DNA from: Amoebidium appalachense
Taxonomy: Eukaryota; Protista; Ichthyosporea
NCBI GenBank assembly: GCA_963693365.1
Contig: CAVNZM010000032.1
Span: forward strand, 1 to 50,122
DNA length: 50,122 nt
Reading direction: 5' to 3'
The position numbers and the translations under genes were made by a program. Shown here piece by piece: positions 9,712 through 20,091 of the stretch (positions are counted from its first letter, which is position 1; every line of letters starts with the position of its first letter). The notes beneath the pieces were generated by a model that saw only the letters and a list, made by a program, of their open reading frames with translations, made no database searches and was not told where the DNA came from.

Positions 9712-10302
9712 ATGCCCGTGCGTTTCTTTGTCGAGTGGCGCGAGTTTCCAGATACACTCTCCGGCTTCCGCTCGTGGTACGAGTGCGTGTTCAACTCGAT
9801 CGACGCGGCCGCGGGGCTGGAGAGCAACCCGCGGCCCGACCGGGCCGAGACCGTGCTGGCGCTGAAGAGCCTGCTGCTGGAGAACGACTACTCGCTCGGG
9901 CGGTTTCTGCTGAAGGCGCTCAACAGCTTCACGGGCACACAGTTCGGGCTGTTCTCGACGCTGATGATCGCCGACAGTCCGAGCGAGCTCGGCGAGCTGC
10001 AGCGGCTGGTGTCGAAGGTGGACAGCGGGAACTCGGCGATCGCGTTTGTGGAAAACGAGGGCTCGCTCATGTCGTTTGTCATCAAGAAGCAGTCGCCCGA
10101 CGACGTGGTGATCGTGGTCCTGGACCAGACACGCCCATACAACGTCGGACACCGCGCGTTCGTGGCGCTGTTCGCGCACGCGTTCCTGAAACCGGGGAAG
10201 CCGATGGACCTCGCCGCGGACATCGACCTGGAGGAGATCACGAACAGCATCCGCGAGAAGCGGGTGCGCATGCAGTCGCTGGCCGGGGAGCCGCGCCAAT
10301 AA
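9712..10302 (+). CDS. Hypothetical protein
   Basis: ATG 9712 (MPVRFFVEWREF...). Strong GC3 bias. The stop overlaps AATAAA. Confidence 0.7.
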   Translation: MPVRFFVEWREFPDTLSGFRSWYECVFNSIDAAAGLESNPRPDRAETVLALKSLLLENDYSLGRFLLKALNSFTGTQFGLFSTLMIADSPSELGELQRLVSKVDSGNSAIAFVENEGSLMSFVIKKQSPDDVVIVVLDQTRPYNVGHRAFVALFAHAFLKPGKPMDLAADIDLEEITNSIREKRVRMQSLAGEPRQ

Positions 10303-10325
10303 ACATATATTTGCCCTATCTAGAC

Positions 10326-11027
10326 ATGAAGCTCCTCCCGTTCTACCCGAACACGATCCCACCGGAGGCCGTGTGCGTCTTTGTGGGCCCGCGTGGCAGC
10401 GGCAAAAGTATCGCGATGGCCAACGTGTTGTACCACAAGCGAAAATACCTGAGCGCAGGGATCGCCATGAGCGCCACCGAAGACGGTAACCAGTTCTGGG
10501 GCAGATACCTCAACAAGGCGTTCATCTACACCGAGTTCCGACCGGCGGAGCTCAGGCAGCTGTACGAGCGCCAGAAGGACCGGGTCAAGACCTGGAACAA
10601 ACGGACATCGCCCAACATCTTCTGTATCGCCGAGGACGTGATATACGACAAACAGCTGAAGACAGACCCGACTATCCGACAGATCTTCTTCAACGGACGG
10701 CACTTCAACTGGTTCTACCTGATGAGCATCCAGTACGCGAAGAGCATCCCGCCCGAATACCGCAACAACATCAACTGTCTGTTCGTGTTTGCAGAGGACA
10801 GCCAGCTGGAGCGCAGGAAACTGTGGGAGAGCTTCTTCGGCTTCATCGAGAACTTCAAGGACTTCAATGAGCTGCTCAACGAGTACACGGCCAACTACGG
10901 AATCCTCGTGCTGGATCGGACGCGCAAGACGAACCGCATCGAGGACAAGTTGTTCTACTGGCGGGCGGACATCAACATCCGGTTCCGCGCGGGCGACCGG
11001 AAGTTCCAGAGCTACGGCGTGGAGTAA
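10326..11027 (+). CDS. A32-like virion DNA-packaging ATPase (NCLDV core gene)
   Basis: Walker A GPRGSGKS, GIAMSATEDGNQFW, Walker B FCIAEDV, IFFNGRH, QYAKSIPPEYRNNI and LFYWRA. Confidence 0.95.
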   Translation: MKLLPFYPNTIPPEAVCVFVGPRGSGKSIAMANVLYHKRKYLSAGIAMSATEDGNQFWGRYLNKAFIYTEFRPAELRQLYERQKDRVKTWNKRTSPNIFCIAEDVIYDKQLKTDPTIRQIFFNGRHFNWFYLMSIQYAKSIPPEYRNNINCLFVFAEDSQLERRKLWESFFGFIENFKDFNELLNEYTANYGILVLDRTRKTNRIEDKLFYWRADINIRFRAGDRKFQSYGVE

Positions 11028-11056
11028 CCTGGCGTTTATTTTCTGCGTGCATTGTA

Positions 11057-11611
11057 ATGGACCTTGCAGCCGTGATCGACGCCAAGATGATGGAGAGGAA
11101 GTTCGAAGCGGCACACGAGGAGTTCCGGGCAGCGCAGCAGGAGTACAGGAGCGCGATCGAGGCCAAAAACAAGGACCTGGACGCCTACAACGCGCGCAAC
11201 AAGGAGTTGGAACGGTGGGTCAAGGAGACCCAGGAGCGCCTCGAGCGCGAGATTGTGTCAAAAAAAGAGCTGGCGGACAAGCTTGAAAAGATGACAGACG
11301 AATACTGGGAGCGTGCGCGCGAAAACTACGAGAGGCTGGACAAGCGGCTGTCGGAGTACGAGAGCGCTCGGGGGCATATTGTCGAACTGGAGGAGCAGCT
11401 TCGCCAGCACAAGGAGATCTTGGAGAAACAAGGCCTGTCGATCGCGGAGGCCCAGGGCACCAGCGTGACCGAGGAGCGGCTGCGCGAGCGCGAGCGGAAG
11501 CTCGAGGCGCTCATCGACAGTAAGCTAGCCACTGTGATCCCACCGCCGCCGCCGCGTATAAAATACAAGGACCTGCTGGGCAAGCTGAACGATGACACTC
11601 CGCTCTTTTGA
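11057..11611 (+). CDS. Coiled-coil protein
   Basis: 184-aa ORF rich in E/K/R heptads. Confidence 0.75.
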   Translation: MDLAAVIDAKMMERKFEAAHEEFRAAQQEYRSAIEAKNKDLDAYNARNKELERWVKETQERLEREIVSKKELADKLEKMTDEYWERARENYERLDKRLSEYESARGHIVELEEQLRQHKEILEKQGLSIAEAQGTSVTEERLRERERKLEALIDSKLATVIPPPPPRIKYKDLLGKLNDDTPLF

Positions 11612-12083
11612 GGTGTCGCTCGAGTACCAGGCTGCGCGCGCCGTGTACAAGACGCACGGCTCTTTTGCGCGACTGCCGGCCCATCTGGAAGGCAATGTGC
11701 ACGTGGACATGGCGCGCTCGGCCGTGTATCGGGCGCGCGTGCATCGGGACGTCACGGGGGTGCCTGAAGTCCATCTGTTCCTGTCAGGGCGCGACGTGTT
11801 GGTTCGGGCGCTGCACACGCTTGGACGCCTGCGCGAGAGGTACGCGGGGACACAGTTCGAATTCGGCGACAGCCTTCTCCAAGACATTGCCCACGAAGTG
11901 GCCGCGAGTCGTAGCGTGCACGTGATCATGGGGAGGGGTTTTATGCTGCGGACAGGCGTGGTTCCCGTGGAGCGGTTGATGATGCGCGTTCCATGGATGG
12001 AGCCGGAGTTGGAATCGTTTGCAAGCGTGAACTCCCTCGGTTTATTCATACCCCACACCAATGCCGAAACGAACACAACGTAG
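11592..12083 (+). CDS. Hypothetical protein
   Basis: 163-aa ORF in a same-strand gene run with short overlaps. Confidence 0.6.
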   Translation: MTLRSFEVSLEYQAARAVYKTHGSFARLPAHLEGNVHVDMARSAVYRARVHRDVTGVPEVHLFLSGRDVLVRALHTLGRLRERYAGTQFEFGDSLLQDIAHEVAASRSVHVIMGRGFMLRTGVVPVERLMMRVPWMEPELESFASVNSLGLFIPHTNAETNTT

Positions 12084-12273
12084 AAAGAAAACCGCGCGGT
12101 CGTCCTGTGGGCGCCGCTGCCGCGACACGTGCGTGCGCTATGCCGGCGGCTGGATCCCCAACCGCTGTCGCGACTGGGCGCAGCCCAAATACATCCGCGT
12201 ACCCTCCGCGCACAACTGGGGCCTGATCGAGGTGCCCCCGGTCAACCCCATAAACTGGGAAAAATACATGTGA
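12061..12273 (+). CDS. Small basic Cys-containing protein
   Basis: MPKRTQRRKKTARSSCGRRCRDTCVRY...; fills the gap before the convergent VLTF2 gene. Confidence 0.45.
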   Translation: MPKRTQRRKKTARSSCGRRCRDTCVRYAGGWIPNRCRDWAQPKYIRVPSAHNWGLIEVPPVNPINWEKYM

Positions 12274-12281
12274 TGGTGCTG

Positions 12282-12857
12282 TCAGCGTGCAGTCAGGAAG
12301 CCGAGGATACTGGATTCCGTCTGGCGCGGCAGGGCCTGTTGTGGCTGTGGGCGGCGTTCCGGAACTTTGACGGCGTAGCGCGAGACGACGAATTGCTCGT
12401 CCAGGACGAACGGACAGCTGGTGAGCGTGACCGGATGGGCACCCTTGAGTGACGCCGCGCGGAATTCGTCGATGTCCATGCAGCCGCCGAACATCTTGAG
12501 TACGGTGCGGGGGGGTGCCGGGGCGGGCATGATGCCACCAGTGCCACCCATCCGACGGTACATCAGCGACAACAGGGATGGGGCGCGCGCCTTTACATAC
12601 CCGGGCATCTCCTTGAGATACGTCCTCGCGCAAGCGAAGGAACAGAACACGTTCGGTGTGCAATAAAAGAGGCGCGTGTCGTCCCTGTATCGGTATGGAA
12701 TCGCGACCAAGGGCCCGGGTATTGAGTGGCAGCAGTAGTGACATACGGACGTCAGCAGCTCGACGGGTCTGACGGATATGACCGTGCCCGGCGCGATTGT
12801 GCGCTCGGTGGGGCCGGTGGGGGATGCATGGAGCAGCTGTGCGTTCACTTTGGACAT
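12282..12857 (-). CDS. Viral late transcription factor 2 (VLTF2/A1L-like, zinc finger)
   Basis: CHYCCH..IPYRY..FCSFACARTY..PAPAPPRTVLKMFGGCMDIDEFR is the typical NCLDV VLTF2 pattern. Confidence 0.9.
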   Translation of the reverse strand: MSKVNAQLLHASPTGPTERTIAPGTVISVRPVELLTSVCHYCCHSIPGPLVAIPYRYRDDTRLFYCTPNVFCSFACARTYLKEMPGYVKARAPSLLSLMYRRMGGTGGIMPAPAPPRTVLKMFGGCMDIDEFRAASLKGAHPVTLTSCPFVLDEQFVVSRYAVKVPERRPQPQQALPRQTESSILGFLTAR

Positions 12858-12894
12858 TTGTGTTGGACTGGCAGAGTTGTCTTTATTTATACCC

Positions 12895-13317
12895 TCAGAC
12901 GATCACGCATGCACCACGACGCCAATAGGCTGGGTGTTCGGTGCCGGCTTGGGGGCTATCTTGCGAGCCTTTTTTTTTTGGCACAGGGGCGTCGGTTGGT
13001 TGGTGGGGGCGCTTCTCGGGCGCCGCCGCCTCCGGGGGCGCCTCAGGCACAGCGGATTCCGCAGCCACGGGGGGCGCATTGTCGGGGGCAGCGCCTGCAT
13101 CCTTAGCCGTTTTTGCCTGAGCCTTGAGAAAGGGGGCGATGCAGCGGTTCAGGTAGTGGCGCAGAAGAAACTGCCCCACGGTGGGGCCCTGGTCGAACAA
13201 GGGGTCGTCGAGGTTCATCTTGTCGATGTCGCCGTTGCGCTCGACGGCGTACTCGCACAGAAGCTTCCACTGCTTGCGGATTCCGAACTTCTTCTTAGAT
13301 TTGGTCTCGCCGGTCAT
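12895..13317 (-). CDS. Hypothetical protein with low-complexity C-terminus
   Basis: ATG 13317 (MTGETKSKKKFG...). AATAAA lies just past the stop. Confidence 0.6.
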   Translation of the reverse strand: MTGETKSKKKFGIRKQWKLLCEYAVERNGDIDKMNLDDPLFDQGPTVGQFLLRHYLNRCIAPFLKAQAKTAKDAGAAPDNAPPVAAESAVPEAPPEAAAPEKRPHQPTDAPVPKKKGSQDSPQAGTEHPAYWRRGACVIV

Positions 13318-13361
13318 TGTTACATATACGTATAGAAAATATTTCAACGCGGGTTTTGGGG

Positions 13362-13583
13362 CTACCGGGTCAGCTCCAATGCCAATATAAGAATCAACAG
13401 GACGACTATGAAGTCGAGCCTGCGCAGCACGGGATCGCGAGGGAAGAAACGCGTGGGGGGCGGCCCCACTGGATCGGCCGACGCCTTCGCAACGCTGTTG
13501 CGCTTGGGGTCCAGGTCGATGGGGGGGAACAGTTTGTCGAGCGGGTTGTCGACGGTGAAGTGCACCGAGTTGAAGAGACTCAT
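13362..13583 (-). CDS. Small C-terminally anchored membrane protein
   Basis: 73 aa ending LDFIVVLLILILALELTR. Confidence 0.6.
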   Translation of the reverse strand: MSLFNSVHFTVDNPLDKLFPPIDLDPKRNSVAKASADPVGPPPTRFFPRDPVLRRLDFIVVLLILILALELTR

Positions 13584-14458
13584 TACAGGCGCCTAGCAAA
13601 ATCTGCAAACGACCCCGATGCAACGTGTACTATGACGTCGTTCCGTCTGCTTTGGATCCAAATCTCCTCGACGGGGGGCTGTGGGTCGCGGTGCCTGTCG
13701 CGGAGGCGGGTGACCTCACCGCGTAGCCATGCATGGATTGGCGGGGGCCCGGGAAGATCAGGCCGCTCGAGCAGGGCCTGTAGGCGGTCGATGTTTGCGT
13801 GGATCTCTTGGCGAAAGCGTGTCCCCTGGGAGCACAGACTGGAGAACTCGTCGACAAGCCGCGTAAGCGTGATGTGCGCGTCTATGGCCGCATTGGAATA
13901 CAAGCCCGTACTCTCCAGGGACCGTAGCTGCTCCTCGATGCGGGCAACGATGTCGCCAAGCATGCGGTCGACCATGACCATGGCATCATGTTCGATGGTC
14001 GCGGCCATCTTCGTGCGCGTGAGGTTGTCGGTTCGCATGCGGACGCCCAGGGCGAACCTAAACCCGGTGCGCTGGTCTAGCCGGTAGATCTCGTTCGCGC
14101 TGAACGGCGTGTTCGCAAAGGGGTCGCGGAGGTTGCCGGTGCGGCCGATGTACTCGGCGAGGGTGTCGGGGTCGCAGCCGTAGGTGTGCCCCGCGCGTTG
14201 GTACCTGAAGCAGTCGGGACCGGGGGGTTCGAGGGTGAATGGATCGGTCTCGTTTGTGAGGTCGCGGGACGCCCTGGCCCTCAGCACCCTCACGAGCAGG
14301 AAGAACCGCGCAAAGAGCGTGCGAAGTGCGGGCGTGGCCATGATGCAATCGACCACGACCCGTAGACCCTTGGTCACGGGCAGGGTGTGGCCGCCATAGC
14401 GTTTGGAGAGGAAGCACAGCACCTCCTTTTGAGTGGCCAACAGCTTGGGCTCCAGCAT
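13583..14458 (-). CDS. U-box/RING-like domain protein
   Basis: DPFTLE..GHTYGCDPDTLAEYI..LRDPFANTPFS resembles the U-box pattern (DPIT.E..GHTY....I..W.....P.T). Confidence 0.55.
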   Translation of the reverse strand: MLEPKLLATQKEVLCFLSKRYGGHTLPVTKGLRVVVDCIMATPALRTLFARFFLLVRVLRARASRDLTNETDPFTLEPPGPDCFRYQRAGHTYGCDPDTLAEYIGRTGNLRDPFANTPFSANEIYRLDQRTGFRFALGVRMRTDNLTRTKMAATIEHDAMVMVDRMLGDIVARIEEQLRSLESTGLYSNAAIDAHITLTRLVDEFSSLCSQGTRFRQEIHANIDRLQALLERPDLPGPPPIHAWLRGEVTRLRDRHRDPQPPVEEIWIQSRRNDVIVHVASGSFADFARRL

Positions 14459-14480
14459 ACGTTGTATCGCAAAAAGGTTG

Positions 14481-14732
14481 TCACAGCCGCGATCCGACAA
14501 ACACGTCTATGTCGTTGCGCGAGAACGGGCGCCCGGAGTACTTGCGGAACACCGCGGCCGTCAGCCGACGCGTGGTGGTGGGATCCATGCGCGAACGCGC
14601 CCTGTACTTGCGCATGACCGCGTTGAAGACGCGTTGCAGGTTTCTGTTACCCGTGAGACGCAGGAGCCCGAAGCGGCGCAAGCGCCTTCTACCTTCATGG
14701 TTGCGTGCCATCTTGCTGTCTGTGGCGTACAT
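14481..14732 (-). CDS. Small Arg-rich basic protein (putative)
   Basis: MYATDSKMARNHEGRRRLRRFGLLRL...DIDVFVGSRL, 83 aa. Confidence 0.5.
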   Translation of the reverse strand: MYATDSKMARNHEGRRRLRRFGLLRLTGNRNLQRVFNAVMRKYRARSRMDPTTTRRLTAAVFRKYSGRPFSRNDIDVFVGSRL

Positions 14733-17700
14733 TCCGTCGCCTCTCGTTCCTCTGTGACGGGTATGGCTCGTGCCTTGGTGGCGGGGGGCGGCCCCGCTCG
14801 ACATGCAAGTAGTCGTTGTGCGAGTCTGAAGTCCGCCATTGGTCGCGGGCCGCCTCCGCGGAACCCGAAGCGGTCGGGCGCGCTTGGATGTGCCTTTGCA
14901 CCCTGCCCGCGGGCGAGACGTGTCTTGCCGCATACTGCTCCGGCGCGTTGAGTCGTGGGCGCGGCGATGGCGGCGGCCCAGCGGCGGACGGGTAAGTGCG
15001 CGCGAGTGGGTGCGTAGGTGGCGCGGGCACGTAGCGTGCCTGCGGCTGTTGGTACGAGCCATATGCGGGGGTGAACGAGTACGGGACCTGTACCTGCTGT
15101 GTCTGACCGTATGCAAACGGGTGCGGCGGCCGTGGGGTGTTTGTGAACGGCTGTGGGCTAGTGATGTATCCGTACGGCGGAAACGAGGCCCGTTGGTTTT
15201 GGTATGGGGCGGGGGGTGGGGGCGGGGGTCTGTGGGCGCACCACCGACGCTGATTTGCGGTGTGCCGTGTCACGGGGCGGTGTCGGTGGGCGCTGGGCAC
15301 CCACACCGGCCCGATCAAGGGGGGGCACGGGTGTGTTGTCGACCTGCATGGGCACTGACTGGACAGGGGGTGGCGAGGGCGGCGGACTGATCACCCGGGC
15401 GTCGGGGGTTTCCTGAAGTCGCGGAGGGGCGGCGGCGGTTGCCGGTTCGGCGACTGCGGTTTTCTTCTTGGCCTTCTTCTCGGGTTTTTTGTAAGGGGTC
15501 CTGTTGGCATACAGGGCCGCGAATATTTCATGGAAGGGTTCTGCTGCCTGGGCATTGCGCAGAGGACCGCGCAGCCTCTCGAGCTCCTCCTCCGTGTTCA
15601 AGCTTTGGACGTAGGAGTTTCGGACTTCGGCGTTGAGCACGTCGAGCATACGCTTGGACACGACACCCGCGCGTTCCATTGTCGCCGCGTCCGCGGAGAC
15701 CTGCTCGGGCACGGCTTGGCCAGCGATGTCCTTCTGGGGCCGCTTCTTGCGCGGCCGCAGCGTGGGCACGAGCGCGTACCTCTTCCAGTTTGAGCCCAAG
15801 TAGTCCCAACGGGCGTCGTTGCTGCCGGTCGGACACAAGCGCTCGAAGGCGGCAGCCAGCTGGTTGTCGGCGACGGCAAGGGCGGCCAGCATGGCCGGGC
15901 GTGCAATGGGCTTCGGGCGGTAGACAACCCCCCCGACCCTCACGGACGCTATGGCGTTTGCCTGCATGCTGTCGCGCATGCGGCGCAGCTGGTGCAGAGG
16001 CCACCCGGGCTTGGGCCATTCGAGGGGTCGCTCATGGGGATTGACGAGCTTGCGGACACGTGTGAAAACAGTGCCGTCCGGTGCGAATTGGCCCAGCCTG
16101 TCGACGCGGATGTTCGAGTTCTTTGTGATGTTGACAGACAGGCCGTACCCGCATTTCTTCATCCAGTTTACGACGTGCTGGGGGTTCCTTGTAAGGGCTG
16201 CACACGCCTCCTTCATCAGCATGCGCAGGTGCATGTAAGATTTTGGGTAGCGTTTGCGCACGTAGTGCTTGACGAAGCCAATGGCAAGCTCGGCGACGTT
16301 GAACTTCGAGTTGTACGGGGGCAGCCACTGGACGCGCCACCTCTTCCGCAGCGACAGCCTGGTAATCTGGTCCAGAAACGCCTCTGCATTGTGCTGGGGG
16401 GCGTTGTCCATGCACAGAATGGCGTCGTCGGTGGCGGGGTCGCGCCCCAGCACGTGCTCGAGGAACAGATAGAAGGCGCGGCCGTCGAACGAGTCGGGGA
16501 CGAGCGTCTTGGCGTCGATGTCGGCCTTGGGCTCGGCGCCGCCGGGGGCCAGGTGCCTGTAGTTGTAGAGGTAGTCGTTGATCGGACGCGGGCTGAGAAT
16601 CATGCACTTGACCAGGCCGGTGAGGTTGCCCGCGGCGTTCTCGTACGGAAACCCGACGGCGATGACCAGCTTGGTGCCGATCCCGGTCAGCTTGGTCTGG
16701 GGGGCGGGGTGGTGGCCACCGCGGCGGCCCCAGACCATGCCGGGGGTCTCGTCGAGGTAGAGCGAGGACTCGTCGATGAAGACGAGGTTCTTGCGGTGGT
16801 TCTGGAGGAACGGAAGGCGTTCGACTTCGAAGAACTGGGTGGCGGCAGCGATGGACCGTACAAAGGTGTTGGTGGGGGCCTGTTCGGCACGCTTGTAGGA
16901 CAGGCCCATCTTTCGGCGCCACTTGTTCAGCGTGGACACGGACACGGACAATTTTGCGTCCGGGTACAGGCGGTTGTAGACCTCGAGGAGTTTCTCGCTC
17001 GAGACGCTCGGGACCTTTGTGGTGACCTGGTAGAGGGCGATCTTCTGCTCCTCTGTCAGCTTCTGGGTGCGCTGGTGGAGCTCGGCGATGTTCACGCCCT
17101 GGCGCGAGGTGTACTGCCCCTTGATGGCGCGCTCGATGTACCTGCGCGCGGTCTGCGGCGAGATCTTCATGACGCGGGCGATCTTTGCGGCCTTCTCGCC
17201 GCGCAGGTAGGCCAGCAGCACGCCGTCGCGCACGTCCTGGTCGTACGCCTTCCCCCTCACCACCCTGCCGACAGTGGGGTTGACCTGGTGGATGGCACGC
17301 GCGCGCACCACGCCCGGGGTGGTTGCGGCATCCGCCGGGTACCAGATCGCTTCGGGGCCATCGCGTAGCAGCAGCAGGCTGGCGCCGGTGTCAGTCAGCA
17401 TCCACAGCGCCCCGGTGGGGCTGTCGGGAGGGTCCATGTCGCAGCGGCGGTCGGCGTGCAGGGTGAGGACCCAGTGGTCCTCCGATGTCCTGATGTTACG
17501 GTTGGGGACGGGCTCGAAGATGACGGTGCGGATTGGCGACGGGGCGTCGGTGGACGGGGCGTTGACTATGAATGGGGTCTCGGGGTTTAGAAGGGCTTCG
17601 AACTTCTGCAGCTCGAGCAGGTAGAAGCCCAGCGGCGCGGGCGGGGGTGATGGAGCTGGTGCTGCGGCAAGATGGTACACCCCCACAAACGAGGCCGAGC

Positions 17701-19203
17701 TCTTGACGATGCGCGGTTTCTCGTTTGGGCGGGCGATGTGGAGGGCCACCAGCATGAGTTGGGGGACGTAGCGGTCCATGCGCACGACCAGGTACGCCAG
17801 CGGACGGAAGCGGAGCTCCCTGAGCTCAGGCGACACGTAAACGAGCCCGCACACGGAGTCGGTGATGTCCGTGGTTGTATTAGGTGCGACCGCGGCGCGG
17901 CCACGCACGGCACCGGCGGCTGGTTTCCCTGCCGCCTGCAATGGAGCGAGGGCGGGCCCCAGGACCCTCGTGAAGTCCGTGACCGCCCTGCTGGCGACCG
18001 ACGGCGCCAACCCCAAGCTTTTCGCGGCCGACTCGAAGTCTCTGGCCTTGTCCCTGTCCGAGTACTCAGCGCGGCGGAGGGTGCGGGCTGGCTCGCGGAG
18101 GACCGATTCACGCGACGCGGCGAGGTCGTCGTCGACGGCGTTCTCTGTGCGGGCTCTCCTGAAGTCCATGAACACTTTGACGGCTTCGCCTTTGGACTCG
18201 AGGGGGGGCGTTGGAGCTCCCTGCCGTCGGCGAGGCTCTCCAGCAGGGGCCTGATGCCGGCGTTGTGGGGCTTTTCGGCGAGGGCCAACGCGACCTTCTG
18301 CGTGTGCGCCATCAGGGCGTCCTTGCTCCATGCCTTGGAGATGCGGCCGTCGCGGACGGCCTTCGCGAGCTCCTTTGCCATCTTCGCGCGCTCCTGGATC
18401 AGCGTGTGGATCGCGTGCTTGTACGCAAAGTTCCGTTCGGTGACGCTGTCGCCGACTGGCTCCTCGTACTCGCGCAGCGGCAGACCGGGGGCGATGATGG
18501 CAAGCGAGTTGACCATGTTCCGCTCACCGGCCTCCTCGTTGTCGTCGTCGTCGTCGTCCAGGATTCCAAGAGCAGTCGTATCCACGCCCGGTCGCCCTGC
18601 CTCTTCTTTCAGGAACTTCTTGACCTTGTCTGCATGGGCCTTCTCGGCGTCGGCGATATACCGGTACACTGTCCTGATGCGCTCGGGGTGATCGGGCTGA
18701 TGCGGCTCTGGGAGTTGGTGTAGGGGTTTAAGCTTGGGGGGCAGGACCGTGCCTCTTTCGTTCTTCCGCGCTGGCCCGCGGGCGACTTCCCTGAAGAGGT
18801 CCTGCCCGCGGGAGTCCGTGACGCCGTCAAGCTTGACGTAGCCCGCCGACGCGGTTCTCGAGTACACCTTGCCCATGAGGCTCCTGTGCATCTTGAAGTG
18901 CGGCGTTTCCGCCGCCACGTCGGCGTTAGGCCGGGTCTCCACGAACCGCTCCCACCACGTCTCGTGCGTGCGTGCGCGTGGTTCGTTGGGCGGGTCTTCG
19001 AACATGGGATCGCGGATGCGGAAGCGGGTGTGCGAGGACTGCTGGTCCGTGGACACAGACTGCTCGATGGCGTCTTTGGATACCGGGGAGTCGACCCGGG
19101 GGTCTATTCGAAAACGGGACGGGTCTTCGGCACATGGCCACGCGTCGGCCACGACTTTATTGTGGTTGTATCGGTCTACGACGATATAGCCAGGCCTGCT
19201 CAT
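14695..19203 (-). CDS. Large (about 1500 aa) protein with an internal IS630/Tc1-type transposase domain; two apparent frameshifts
   Basis: ATG 19203 (MSRPGYIVVD...) reads to ...LADGRELQRPP. It appears to shift at the G7 run (about 18202-18208) into PPLESKGEAVKVF... (ORF 15158-18331), then again at G-runs near 15205-15228 into a Pro/Tyr/Gln-rich tail ending at 14695. Confidence 0.65.
16145..17255 (-). mobile_element. IS630/Tc1-mariner superfamily transposase domain (HTH plus DD38E)
   Basis: HTH GKAYDQDVRD..KIARVMKISPQTARRY, second HTH VSVSTLNKWRRKMGLSYKR, then LVFIDES, ILCMDNAPQH, WLPPYNSKFNVAE and NWMKKCGY. Confidence 0.88.
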
Positions 19204-19223
19204 GCCACAGGCATGGATAATTC

Positions 19224-20009
19224 TTACATCTGGCACAGGTGGTATGCGAGGACGCCCAAATCGCTGACGATATATTCGAATCTGATGGGTTTGTTGTTTG
19301 CCACGTGTATCCTGACCGTACTGTTGACACAAGCACCCTTGCAGAACGCGGCCAGATATTTCACCATGTACTTGGCCTTCACCTTCTCGTCGTGCGCCTT
19401 GACGAAGACCACGCCAGACGACTTGCATCGTCTGATTTTCAGGGTGTCCTGGCTGCGCTCGGGTATGTCGATGCGACACTTGCCGAGCGCACCTACCGCA
19501 CGCAGCCTCATGCAGCCGTCGGATACGCTGATGCACACGACGTTCGAGACGGACTGGATGTCGCGCAGGTACCTCGCGAGTTCGTGAGCCTGGATGTCGA
19601 AGACACAGTCGTAGTCGAGCGACGGCGTCACCAACAGTGGCCTCTCCTCCTTTATCAGGGTCATGGTGTAGGTAATTGCACTCGCGTCGTCTGTCGTCTC
19701 CATCTTCACCTTGAGGCCGTTGTCCTCCGAGCAGAAGGAAATGCTGTTAAACTTGTGAGCGGCTGCGTTCTTGACGATCTTGTAGAGATTCTGAATCTCG
19801 AACGTGGCTCGGAACTCCTCCGCGACGTCGAATATCTCAAAGCGGTCCGCGGGGAAGTGCATGTGGACAAATGCCTTCTTCGCGTTGTCCACGGCCGGAA
19901 GGACCAGTCCGTCTTTTGGGCTGAAGACGACGGTGACCTCGCCCAGTATGTCCTTGATGCTGTCGACTGCGCATTTGAACGTGTTCACCTGGACGGTCTT
20001 GACGAGCAT
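19224..20009 (-). CDS. PCNA: Proliferating cell nuclear antigen (sliding clamp)
   Basis: FKCAVDSIKDIL..AVDNAKKAFVHM..LYKIVK..ELARYLRDI..YMVKYLAAFCKG..PIRFEYIVSDLGVLAYHL; 261 aa. Confidence 0.92.
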   Translation of the reverse strand: MLVKTVQVNTFKCAVDSIKDILGEVTVVFSPKDGLVLPAVDNAKKAFVHMHFPADRFEIFDVAEEFRATFEIQNLYKIVKNAAAHKFNSISFCSEDNGLKVKMETTDDASAITYTMTLIKEERPLLVTPSLDYDCVFDIQAHELARYLRDIQSVSNVVCISVSDGCMRLRAVGALGKCRIDIPERSQDTLKIRRCKSSGVVFVKAHDEKVKAKYMVKYLAAFCKGACVNSTVRIHVANNKPIRFEYIVSDLGVLAYHLCQM

Positions 20010-20091
20010 TGTGTTCTGGCGTGAAATGTGGATTGACGGGGCTTTTTATACCTTGGCTTGCCGCGGTCGGGCTTTTTTCTATACACCCCGT

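Noticed and set aside
9618-10325. N-terminal extension of the A32 ATPase
   Set aside because: It overlaps the real 9712-10302 gene in another frame; A32 similarity starts at ATG 10326.
14695-19203. Fanzor/TnpB associated with the IS630-like transposase
   Set aside because: No RuvC motifs or C-terminal CxxC zinc ribbon were visible in or beside the ORF.
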